The notes below the pieces were generated by a model. It had not been told where the DNA came from and ran no database searches. It saw nothing but the letters and a program-made list of their open reading frames with translations. Position numbers and translations under genes: made by a program. 62,883 nt of DNA from a virus: positions 1-62,883 of IMG/VR virus record IMGVR_UViG_3300007640_000006; one strand, written 5' to 3'. Shown here piece after piece: positions 52,615-58,929 of this stretch (positions within the stretch are counted from its first letter, which is position 1; each line of letters opens with the position of its first letter).

Positions 52615-52787
52615 CACCGCACACCTCCCCGGCCGATCACGGCCAAACGCCCGTCGGCCACCAGCACACGGCGCTGGCCACGGATCAGAATCAGCTGGTC
52701 ACCCTCACGCGCTACGCAGTAGTTGCGCGAGAGCAGGAAATCGACGGAATCCCGCAGATCGCTCTGCAGGCGGCGCTCAAGTTTCAT
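52614..52787 (-). CDS. Small hypothetical protein (57 aa)
   Basis: Internal ATG (MKLERRL...) overlapping the upstream gene end by 11 nt. Confidence 0.4.
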   Translation of the reverse strand: MKLERRLQSDLRDSVDFLLSRNYCVAREGDQLILIRGQRRVLVADGRLAVIGRGGVR

Positions 52788-53451
52788 GTGCGGCTCCTTT
52801 CTTGGTCTGGCCAAGGCGTTTGGATTCGCTGATCAATTCCCCGACCGACTTGCCCGCGCGAGTGATGGCCAGCCGGCCACCAGCGCCCTTCTGCAGCACA
52901 GCCAGGCATGCTTTGCGATCGCCGATCAGCAGCGGATCTGGCGCCTTGAAACGCCCGCCGCTCTCGGCCTCGGAAATCCCGATCAAGTGTTTCGGGTAGT
53001 CATCACCCACCCCGCCAGCGATCACGAAAGCCCGGTACCGCCGCGCAAACTCCAGCCCCTGGAACTTGTAATCTTCCTCAGAATTCGCGGTGCAGAGCTT
53101 CACCCAGCCCCCCATGTCATCCAGCACGCGATGCACAATCGGGTCATCGAACACCACGGACTGATACGGCCCAACGCGACGCACAGTCTTGTCGACTCGA
53201 CTCCATGCCAGCATTCCCTGGTCCTGGCTGGTACCGTCGATCAGCCGCACCACATCGGCCGGCTTCGGCGCAAACTGGCCGCTGTCCGGGTTCTGCACAT
53301 GGGCGTTCAGCCCTCGGCGCACCGACTCAATGTCGTAACCCGCCAGAGCATCGAAGAACACGTCGACGAAACCGGTGGTGATCTGCTTGCTGTAAACGCT
53401 CATGACCTTGGCGAGCATCGCGGCCAGCGCTACCTTGTCTTCAGCTTTCAC
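52777..53451 (-). CDS. Lambda-P-like replication protein (candidate helicase loader)
   Basis: The GTG start overlaps the upstream gene end. VRRGLNAHVQNPDSGQFAPKPADVVRLI resembles the lambda P segment ...RRQNRPFLPSPGQFVAWC. Weak, from memory. Confidence 0.45.
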   Translation of the reverse strand: MKAEDKVALAAMLAKVMSVYSKQITTGFVDVFFDALAGYDIESVRRGLNAHVQNPDSGQFAPKPADVVRLIDGTSQDQGMLAWSRVDKTVRRVGPYQSVVFDDPIVHRVLDDMGGWVKLCTANSEEDYKFQGLEFARRYRAFVIAGGVGDDYPKHLIGISEAESGGRFKAPDPLLIGDRKACLAVLQKGAGGRLAITRAGKSVGELISESKRLGQTKKGAAHET

Positions 53452-54454
53452 GGACGTAGTCCCCTTCGATTACCGGGTCGTCTTCTCGCAGGAAATCCTG
53501 CACACCACCGCCGCCTTGCTGCCTCTGCAGTTGACGAACCACCTCGTTGTTCGCGTCTTCGAGCTGCTGCTGCCGGTTCATCGACCCGCCGCGGCGCGCC
53601 TGTTTCTCCAGCAAATCGGCCTGAGCTTTCCGCATCCAGCGCTGCCAGGTCGCAGTCCAGTCGGCCATTGGCTTGCCGTTGCCTTTCCAGTAGTCGAGGA
53701 ACTGTTCCAGCTCCCAATCCAGATTCACGTCGGGCACCTTCTCCCTGGCCCACTCCAGCATTGCCGTGGTCATCAGGAACGGCAGCGGCAGCGGCTTCTT
53801 CGGCTTGGCGCGTGCGCCTTTCGATTCAGCCGTCGCAGCCGGATTCTTCGCCGGCTGTCCCTGTGACGGGTCACCAGGGGGGCTAAAGGGGGTATTACTC
53901 TTGTCTTCTCTAGTCTTATCTGGTGTGACTTCGGCGTGACTCTCGTCGCGCGTCACGTCGCCACCGTCGCGCGTCACGCTGTCGTCACGCTCATTTTGTG
54001 ACGACTGTTGCGCTGCTTTTTTGCGAGCCCGATACGCTGCACTCCGCGCAGCACTAGAGCTCTGTCGCCTTCCAGTCGAGTCACGGAGCAGCGGCTGCCG
54101 CTCGTCCCAACTGGCCAACCTGCCGCCAACGATCAACCCGCGATCAGTCAGCGCAGCGACAACAGCAGCTGTCTTTCCGTCGCCAAAACCGAGCAAAACA
54201 TCGTGATCGTCACAGTCAAAACTGGTCACGTCACCGCGCGACACTCGAACCGTTTCCGTCACGCCTTCGTCACGCCCGTCACGCTCTGCGTCACGCACCG
54301 TCACGCTCACGTCACACTCAGGAACCGCACTCGCGCACTCAAGCAGGCATGCCCACACCGCCAGCACTTCGCCAACGGAAGCACCTGACATGCGCGCAAC
54401 GCGCTGAAACTTCGGGTCAGTAACTGTCCCGTGCCACCACCGGAGCCAATCCAT
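53441..54454 (-). CDS. Replication initiator / replisome-organiser-like protein carrying internal iterons
   Basis: N-terminus MDWLRWWHGTVTDPKFQRVARMSGASVGEVLAVWACLLECAS fits the replisome-organiser N-terminal pattern. C-terminus has LEQFLDYWKGNGKPMADWTATWQRWMRKA. About 15 CGTCAC copies lie inside the gene. Confidence 0.6.
   Translation of the reverse strand: MDWLRWWHGTVTDPKFQRVARMSGASVGEVLAVWACLLECASAVPECDVSVTVRDAERDGRDEGVTETVRVSRGDVTSFDCDDHDVLLGFGDGKTAAVVAALTDRGLIVGGRLASWDERQPLLRDSTGRRQSSSAARSAAYRARKKAAQQSSQNERDDSVTRDGGDVTRDESHAEVTPDKTREDKSNTPFSPPGDPSQGQPAKNPAATAESKGARAKPKKPLPLPFLMTTAMLEWAREKVPDVNLDWELEQFLDYWKGNGKPMADWTATWQRWMRKAQADLLEKQARRGGSMNRQQQLEDANNEVVRQLQRQQGGGGVQDFLREDDPVIEGDYVRES
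53925..54315. repeat. CGTCAC(G) hexamer array B (candidate replication origin iterons)
   Basis: Copies lie at 53925(inv), 53936(inv), 53951, 53972, 53983, 53998(inv), 54208, 54225 and 54229. A phased run follows at 54257, 54268, 54277, 54289, 54299 and 54310 (spacing 9-12 bp). Confidence 0.8.
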
Positions 54455-54456
54455 CG

Positions 54457-54651
54457 TTAATGCGAAGCCTCGGCAGCTAGGAACTCGGTAACGATCTGCG
54501 TCACCGCCTGTTCGGTTGTGATGCCCTTGCTGCGCGCGTAGTGCTCAAGCCGAGTGCGCTGGATAGCGGACATTTCGGCGAGGTAGCACGCGCTTTCTTC
54601 AGCAATCTGCTGTGGTTGCGGCTGCCCAAACTCTTGGCTGCTCATGCTCAC
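54457..54651 (-). CDS. Small protein (64 aa) with a CopG/RHH-like C-terminus (cII position)
   Basis: RTRLEHYARSKGITTEQAVTQIVTEFL resembles RHH helix pairs. The start is coupled to the cro-like stop. Confidence 0.5.
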   Translation of the reverse strand: MSMSSQEFGQPQPQQIAEESACYLAEMSAIQRTRLEHYARSKGITTEQAVTQIVTEFLAAEASH

Positions 54652-54851
54652 GCAACCTGAAAAATGTCTGGGCGTAGATCAAAGGCTGAGACGGCGCCGC
54701 CGCACGCATCGACAACCGCGCGAACCCTGTGAGCGGGAACGCCACGTGTTTTCCACTGGGTAATTGCCATGGGTGTCACGCCAACCTTTTCGGCCAGCGC
54801 CTTGGCTGACCCAACCGCCTCGATAGCGGTTTCAAGAGGTGTCTTTTTCAT
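54648..54851 (-). CDS. cro: Cro-like HTH regulator (YdaS/Cro family-like, 67 aa)
   Basis: ATG 54851. LETAIEAVGSAKALAEKVGVTPMAITQWKTRGVPAHRV is HTH. Divergent from cI. Confidence 0.7.
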   Translation of the reverse strand: MKKTPLETAIEAVGSAKALAEKVGVTPMAITQWKTRGVPAHRVRAVVDACGGAVSAFDLRPDIFQVA

Positions 54852-54935
54852 AAACGGATCGCCAGCTCTCTCATAAACACAAATCAACGATACGTTTATT
54901 TATGTATTTGCACAAGCGGCGTAAACTCTTTGTTT
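54852..54935. promoter_or_regulatory. Divergent cI/cro control region with TAAAC/GTTTA operator half-sites
   Basis: ATAAAC at 54850 and 54873, GTTTAT at 54894 and 54932. A 15-bp palindrome TAAACTCTTTGTTTA at 54922-54936 overlaps the cI ATG. The -10-like TAAACT lies 11 nt before the cI ATG, so the cI mRNA would be near-leaderless. Confidence 0.6.
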
Positions 54936-55661
54936 ATGGAAAAAGAACATTCAGGCATACGCCTACGCTCCCTACTCGAAGAGAGAGGGATCACGTTTGT
55001 AGACTTTGCGAGCTCCCTCGGCCTGCCCGCCCCGCAGAACATCCACAACTGGTGGACTCGCGGCGTGCCGAAAGGGAAGGTGCGACAGGTCTGCGCACTC
55101 TTAAACGTCAGCCAGGAATGGCTGGAGGATGGCGTGCTGCCAGTTGAAAGCAGCTCTCCAGTTCGCCAGATAACCGCAGAAGCGGTCATGAATGGCCCGA
55201 TAGAGGCCTGGGACGACGATACCCCACTGCCGGATGACGAAGTCCTAGTGCCGTTTCTCAAGGAAGTAGAACTTGCCGCAGGGAGCGGGTGCATGTCCGT
55301 TGAAGTCAACACGAAGAGAAGGCTGCGCTTTGGAAAGTACAGCCTGAAAAACCAAGGCGTCGATCCAGCAAATGCGCGCTGCGTCACCATCACCGGCAAC
55401 AGCATGGAGCCTGTGCTACGCAACGGAGCGACCGTCGGCGTGGACGTTGGCAATACCCGCATCATCGATGGCGACCTATACGCCATCAACCACGGCGGTC
55501 AACTACGCGTTAAACAGGCCTACCGGCTCCCCGGTGGCGGCCTGCGCCTTCGTAGTTTCAATCGTGACGAACACCCGGACGAGGAGTACTCCCTCGCCGA
55601 CATAGAGCGACATGAAATTACCGTGATCGGGCGCGTTTTCTGGGGGGCGATGTTCTTCTAG
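54936..55661 (+). CDS. cI: CI-like repressor, HTH plus S24 (LexA-type) autopeptidase domain
   Basis: N-terminal HTH LRSLLEERGITFVDFASSLGLPAPQNIHNWW. C-terminal GNSMEP (Ser) and LRVKQ (Lys). Confidence 0.9.
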   Translation: MEKEHSGIRLRSLLEERGITFVDFASSLGLPAPQNIHNWWTRGVPKGKVRQVCALLNVSQEWLEDGVLPVESSSPVRQITAEAVMNGPIEAWDDDTPLPDDEVLVPFLKEVELAAGSGCMSVEVNTKRRLRFGKYSLKNQGVDPANARCVTITGNSMEPVLRNGATVGVDVGNTRIIDGDLYAINHGGQLRVKQAYRLPGGGLRLRSFNRDEHPDEEYSLADIERHEITVIGRVFWGAMFF

Positions 55662-55706
55662 CAACCTAATGCACCATGGAAATTAGGCATATTCAGAGGT
55701 AGGCCA

Positions 55707-56081
55707 ATGGCAGGGAATAAGATGCTGGAAGAGCGTATGCGCCTGGTAACACCGCATACGTACAACGCGCTGACGCAATTGGTTATGGCCCTTGCCGGAG
55801 CAGCAAAAAATCTTGGCAAGAAAACATGGTTTGGCCGTGACAAAGGCGTAATTGCCTACGAAAAGCTAATTGATAAGCTCCGCCACACTGTAACCGCCAT
55901 GACACTAGATGGAGTGGTCAAGCCTGCGACACCTGCACCAGAACTGGTAGACAAGATCGTCGAAGGCTTGGAATTTTTCAGCCAGGCACACCCCAACTGG
56001 CAAGACGCCTACCAGTTCGCCAGCTACTTCTTCATAGAAGAACGTGACAACGCAATTGCCATCCTTGATCGCATGAGATAA
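55707..56081 (+). CDS. Hypothetical protein (124 aa) co-oriented behind cI (rex position), in an AT-richer island
   Basis: Track ORF with AGAGGTAGG upstream. No recognisable motif. Confidence 0.6.
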   Translation: MAGNKMLEERMRLVTPHTYNALTQLVMALAGAAKNLGKKTWFGRDKGVIAYEKLIDKLRHTVTAMTLDGVVKPATPAPELVDKIVEGLEFFSQAHPNWQDAYQFASYFFIEERDNAIAILDRMR

Positions 56082-56099
56082 GCGAGATCACCATAAGCC

Positions 56100-56219
56100 A
56101 TGAAATGGCTTCGGTTCTTCGATGCACTCGCCAGGGGCGACAAAGGGGCGATCAGGTGGCTGCTACTGTGGATCGCTATCGTGGTCACTCTTGCCCTGGT
56201 GCTGAACCTTGCGCGCTAG
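56100..56219 (+). CDS. Speculative 39-aa single-TM peptide
   Basis: Not in the track. Peptide is MKWLRFFDALARGDKGAIRWLLLWIAIVVTLALVLNLAR. The RBS is weak. It overlaps the 3' end of the convergent 63-aa ORF. Confidence 0.3.
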   Translation: MKWLRFFDALARGDKGAIRWLLLWIAIVVTLALVLNLAR

Positions 56220-56376
56220 CATCCAGATTGATCAGTTCACTTTCCCAAGAGAGGCAGCGGTCAATCGCCACAGCTAGCCGATCCTTTAGTGCGTTCAGAT
56301 CCTCTGTTTCATCAACCAGACGCTGCAGATTGCGCAGCGTGCCGAATACACGTTCTTTGGGGGTCATGTTATCCAT
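56185..56376 (-). CDS. Hypothetical helical protein (63 aa)
   Basis: ATG with AGGA 10 nt upstream. Peptide MDNMTPKERVFGTLRNLQRLVDETEDLNALKDRLAVAIDRCL looks like a genuine coiled coil. Its strand conflicts with the cI-operon reading. Confidence 0.4.
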   Translation of the reverse strand: MDNMTPKERVFGTLRNLQRLVDETEDLNALKDRLAVAIDRCLSWESELINLDASAQGSAPGQE

Positions 56377-56393
56377 GGTTGGTCGTCCTGATA

Positions 56394-56882
56394 TCAGAGT
56401 TTATGTCGCTGGCCTTTAGCCTCTGCCCTCAGTTGTTCCATCAATCGCAAGTGGCAGGCTTTTAGCCGCCGATCAAGGAGAAATGCATTGGCAAGACTCC
56501 AGAGCATAGTCAGCAAGGCTGTCATATCAGCCAACCGCATCATCGCCTTCCCAGTGTTACTTGTAATGAGGGCGTTTTCGGCGATCGGTATCACAAGCGC
56601 GATTACCAGGGCGGCTGCAACGGCTATCCGAAGGGATCGACTGATTCTAGCCTCAATCACTCTGGTTTCCCTTGAGCTGTGCTTTTTGTTCATTGTGATG
56701 ATCCTGACTTCGTTAGGCCTCAGCAGCGCCAAAACAGGGATGGATGTGATGATTATTGCCATGAGGATGGTTCTGATAGCCCTCGCGGCAGCTTCAATGA
56801 TTTTTTTCAGGTACACCAAGGTCGACCTGAAGCACCGAGAAAGCGCTGAGAAACGCAGCATCGCCAGATCTCGACGCAACAA
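56394..56882 (-). CDS. Alternative reading: multi-pass membrane protein (about 155-162 aa)
   Basis: Its stop lies 17 nt before the 63-aa ORF start (operon-like). No convincing RBS or promoter. Mutually exclusive with 56488-56886(+). Confidence 0.3.
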   Translation of the reverse strand: MLRRDLAMLRFSALSRCFRSTLVYLKKIIEAAARAIRTILMAIIITSIPVLALLRPNEVRIITMNKKHSSRETRVIEARISRSLRIAVAAALVIALVIPIAENALITSNTGKAMMRLADMTALLTMLWSLANAFLLDRRLKACHLRLMEQLRAEAKGQRHKL

Positions 56883-56886
56883 GTGA
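56488..56886 (+). CDS. Alternative reading: three-TM membrane protein (132 aa) with a basic C-terminus
   Basis: TTG start with an AAGGAG RBS 7 nt upstream. The ORF ends 15 nt before a plus-strand terminator. TMs are IIAFPVLLVMRAFSAIGITSAI, LILASITLVSLELCFLFIVMILTSLGL and MDVMIIAMRMVLIALAAASMIFF. Confidence 0.4.
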   Translation: MARLQSIVSKAVISANRIIAFPVLLVMRAFSAIGITSAITRAAATAIRRDRLILASITLVSLELCFLFIVMILTSLGLSSAKTGMDVMIIAMRMVLIALAAASMIFFRYTKVDLKHRESAEKRSIARSRRNK

Positions 56887-56901
56887 CACTCATTACCTAG
56901 A

Positions 56902-56930
56902 AGCCCGGCCCAGCGCCGGGCTTTTTCGTT
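56902..56930 (+). terminator. Rho-independent terminator ending the cI-side transcription unit
   Basis: AGCCCGGC-ccagc-GCCGGGCT 8-bp stem followed by TTTTCGTTT. Confidence 0.75.
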
Positions 56931-56966
56931 TCTACCGACCAGATCGGCCGGCCTTGATCATGTCAC

Positions 56967-56984
56967 AAATAAACAAAATAAACA
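56967..56984 (+). promoter_or_regulatory. Tandem AAATAAACA AAATAAACA operator-like repeats upstream of the early promoter
   Basis: Two abutting 9-mers. A third copy at 57001-57009 lies inside the promoter spacer. Confidence 0.5.
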
Positions 56985-56991
56985 TTTGGTG

Positions 56992-57020
56992 TTGACGCAC
57001 AAATAAACACGATGTTTAAT
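56992..57020 (+). promoter_or_regulatory. Sigma70-like early-left promoter (PL analogue) with an embedded operator
   Basis: TTGACG-17 nt-TTTAAT. The palindrome TAAACACGATGTTTA (57004-57018) overlaps the -10. The first gene starts at 57064 with a GGAGG RBS. Confidence 0.6.
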
Positions 57021-57063
57021 TGCCTCCAAGCAAAGCCGAAAGGCCACCACACGGAGGCAAGCC

Positions 57064-57423
57064 ATGTATCTGCATCCCAACCTGATCAACAGCGCCAACC
57101 CGCTGCCGTATCCGGGCCTTCCGGAGCGTGAAGAAACCCGCAAGCGTGCCCTTGCAGTTATGCAGCGCCAGGTGCTGAACGAGCTGCAACTTGGCGAACC
57201 GAAGCTGTGCCACGCCTTCGCCCAGTTCTGCGCTGATCGTTTCGATGAAGCCACCAGCTATGCGCTGTGTGTCTCCCGCATCGTTGGCGAGAAGGCAGAA
57301 CAGAAGCAGGCCGACAAGCTGGTCACCGAGCACGTCGAGAAGTGCCGCCCGCTGTTCGTGGACGAGGAAGTCGAGCGCCGCATCATCGGCGCGAAGTACG
57401 AAGCACTGGGGCTGCCGCAATGA
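57064..57423 (+). CDS. Hypothetical first early-left protein (119 aa)
   Basis: GGAGG RBS, first ORF after the promoter. Confidence 0.65.
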   Translation: MYLHPNLINSANPLPYPGLPEREETRKRALAVMQRQVLNELQLGEPKLCHAFAQFCADRFDEATSYALCVSRIVGEKAEQKQADKLVTEHVEKCRPLFVDEEVERRIIGAKYEALGLPQ

Positions 57424-57572
57424 TCCGCGCCAACAACTGGCGCCGGAACCTCGACCCGCGCGATCCCAACTACCTCGACCCGCTCACCGATGAAGAGCTG
57501 GCCGAGCAAGAGGATGACGAAACCTGGATGGCCGAGTGCCGCGAGCAGGATGCAGAGGTGGCTTATGTCTAA
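57420..57572 (+). CDS. Small acidic hypothetical protein (50 aa)
   Basis: ATGA overlap with the upstream stop. Confidence 0.5.
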   Translation: MIRANNWRRNLDPRDPNYLDPLTDEELAEQEDDETWMAECREQDAEVAYV

Positions 57573-57780
57573 GACCTCTCACGCCATGATCCAGCGCGCT
57601 ATCGCCCAGCGGGCGCAGATGGAAGGCCAGCCGATTCTGCTGCAGGCGGTCACCAAGGCTTACGCCGACGGAATGATCGAACTGGCCTACGCCGAAGGCC
57701 TGATCACCGATGCCGAGCACGACGACTACCGCAAGCGGTTGGCAGCTATCGGCAATCGCCAGGCGGTGCCCCATGGCTAG
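57565..57780 (+). CDS. Hypothetical protein (71 aa)
   Basis: ATG 57565 overlaps the upstream gene by 8 nt. Confidence 0.55.
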   Translation: MSKTSHAMIQRAIAQRAQMEGQPILLQAVTKAYADGMIELAYAEGLITDAEHDDYRKRLAAIGNRQAVPHG

Positions 57781-57913
57781 CCCATTCACAGGTCGCTGCT
57801 TTGCCGAGGCATTCGCCCGCGCCACTGCGGCCGGCGTCACCGATATCCGCCAGATCAAGCGAACCGTCCGCCGTCGCGGCATGTGGTTCATCACCTGCGA
57901 GGTGCCGGCATGA
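57773..57913 (+). CDS. Small hypothetical protein (46 aa)
   Basis: ATG 57773 overlaps the upstream gene by 8 nt. Confidence 0.4.
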   Translation: MASPFTGRCFAEAFARATAAGVTDIRQIKRTVRRRGMWFITCEVPA

Positions 57914-58017
57914 GTCGTTTCACGAAAGACACCCTGCGCGCCGCAGCTGTGTGGCTCGCCATCTGGGGCGCCTGCATGGCAGCAGCCCTGATCAAGTACG
58001 GAGTACCGCCCGCATGA
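57910..58017 (+). CDS. 35-aa single-TM peptide
   Basis: Not in the track. ATGA overlaps at both ends. Peptide is MSRFTKDTLRAAAVWLAIWGACMAAALIKYGVPPA. Confidence 0.35.
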   Translation: MSRFTKDTLRAAAVWLAIWGACMAAALIKYGVPPA

Positions 58018-58256
58018 CAACAACAGCCACAGCACAGGCCGCAACAGAGGACCGCCTGATTCGTTTGCCGGAAGTGATCAAGGCCACCGGCCTTTCGAAG
58101 TCGACGATCCGTCGGCTGTGCCTGGAGAAGAAGTTTCCGGCCAAGCGAAAGCTGATGGGCGACGGCCCGAAAGACCCCGTCGCCTGGTCAGCCAACGAAG
58201 TGCAGGCCTGGATCGATCAACGCAAGAACCCCGCCAACGACGGCGAAGAACAGTAG
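58014..58256 (+). CDS. AlpA-family HTH protein (regulator or excisionase candidate)
   Basis: LIRLPEVIKATGLSKSTIRRLCLEKKFPAKRKL...VAWSANEVQAWI fits the AlpA/Xis-type pattern. Confidence 0.75.
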   Translation: MTTTATAQAATEDRLIRLPEVIKATGLSKSTIRRLCLEKKFPAKRKLMGDGPKDPVAWSANEVQAWIDQRKNPANDGEEQ

Positions 58257-58266
58257 GACGGCAACC

Positions 58267-58929
58267 ATGGAACAAACCAACAAGATGGCGATGCTCTATG
58301 CCGCCCTCGCAAGCGCTCAGGCCGAGTACTCCCCTCTGGCCAAGAACCGCACCGTCAAGATTCGCACCCGCACCAACGGCGAGTATGAGTTTCGCTACGC
58401 CGATCTCGAGGCAGTGTTCAGCAGCACCAGGCCTGCGCTTACCAAGCACGGCATCAGCTTCATCCAGACCATTCAGCCTGCAAACGGCCACAGCTCGCTG
58501 ATCACCATGCTCGCCCACAAAGACGGCGGCGTCCTGACCTCTGAGATTGAATTCAGCATGCCCCAAAGCGGCGATATCAAGGATTTCGGCGCGCACCTCA
58601 CCTACCTGCGCCGCTACGCAGCGACCGCCCTTCTCGGCGTTGCAGCTGATGACGACCTTGATCAGAACGGCGAAGGCGCCGGCGAAGGCGATCGGAAGCC
58701 AGCAGTCCAGCAATCGCAGAACGATCCTGCGCCGGAGAAAACCCCCGCCGGCAAGCCCGCCTATTCCGACAAGAAGCTGCAGGAAATGCTGCCGAAATGG
58801 CGCGACCTGATCGCTTCCGGACAGAAGACCGCTGCTCGAATTATTTCCACCGTCAGCAGCAGCAACACCCTCTCTGAAGACCAGATCGCACAGATCCGTG
58901 CGCTCGAGACCGAGGAAGCACAAGCATGA
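58267..58929 (+). CDS. erf: Erf-family single-strand annealing protein
   Basis: YADLEAVFSSTRPALTKHGISFIQT...LAHKDGG...GAHLTYLRRYAATALLGVAADDD fits the ERF pattern. Confidence 0.85.
   Translation: MEQTNKMAMLYAALASAQAEYSPLAKNRTVKIRTRTNGEYEFRYADLEAVFSSTRPALTKHGISFIQTIQPANGHSSLITMLAHKDGGVLTSEIEFSMPQSGDIKDFGAHLTYLRRYAATALLGVAADDDLDQNGEGAGEGDRKPAVQQSQNDPAPEKTPAGKPAYSDKKLQEMLPKWRDLIASGQKTAARIISTVSSSNTLSEDQIAQIRALETEEAQA

Noticed and set aside
47985-54315. Hexamer arrays considered as a CRISPR array
   Set aside because: The repeat unit is only 6-7 nt, the spacing is 9-20 nt, the orientation is mixed, and the arrays lie inside coding sequence. This is incompatible with CRISPR repeat-spacer architecture.
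56105-56419. 104-aa plus-strand ORF in the cI-distal island
   Set aside because: Arg/Ser-rich translation that mirrors the better-looking 63-aa minus-strand ORF, with no RBS.
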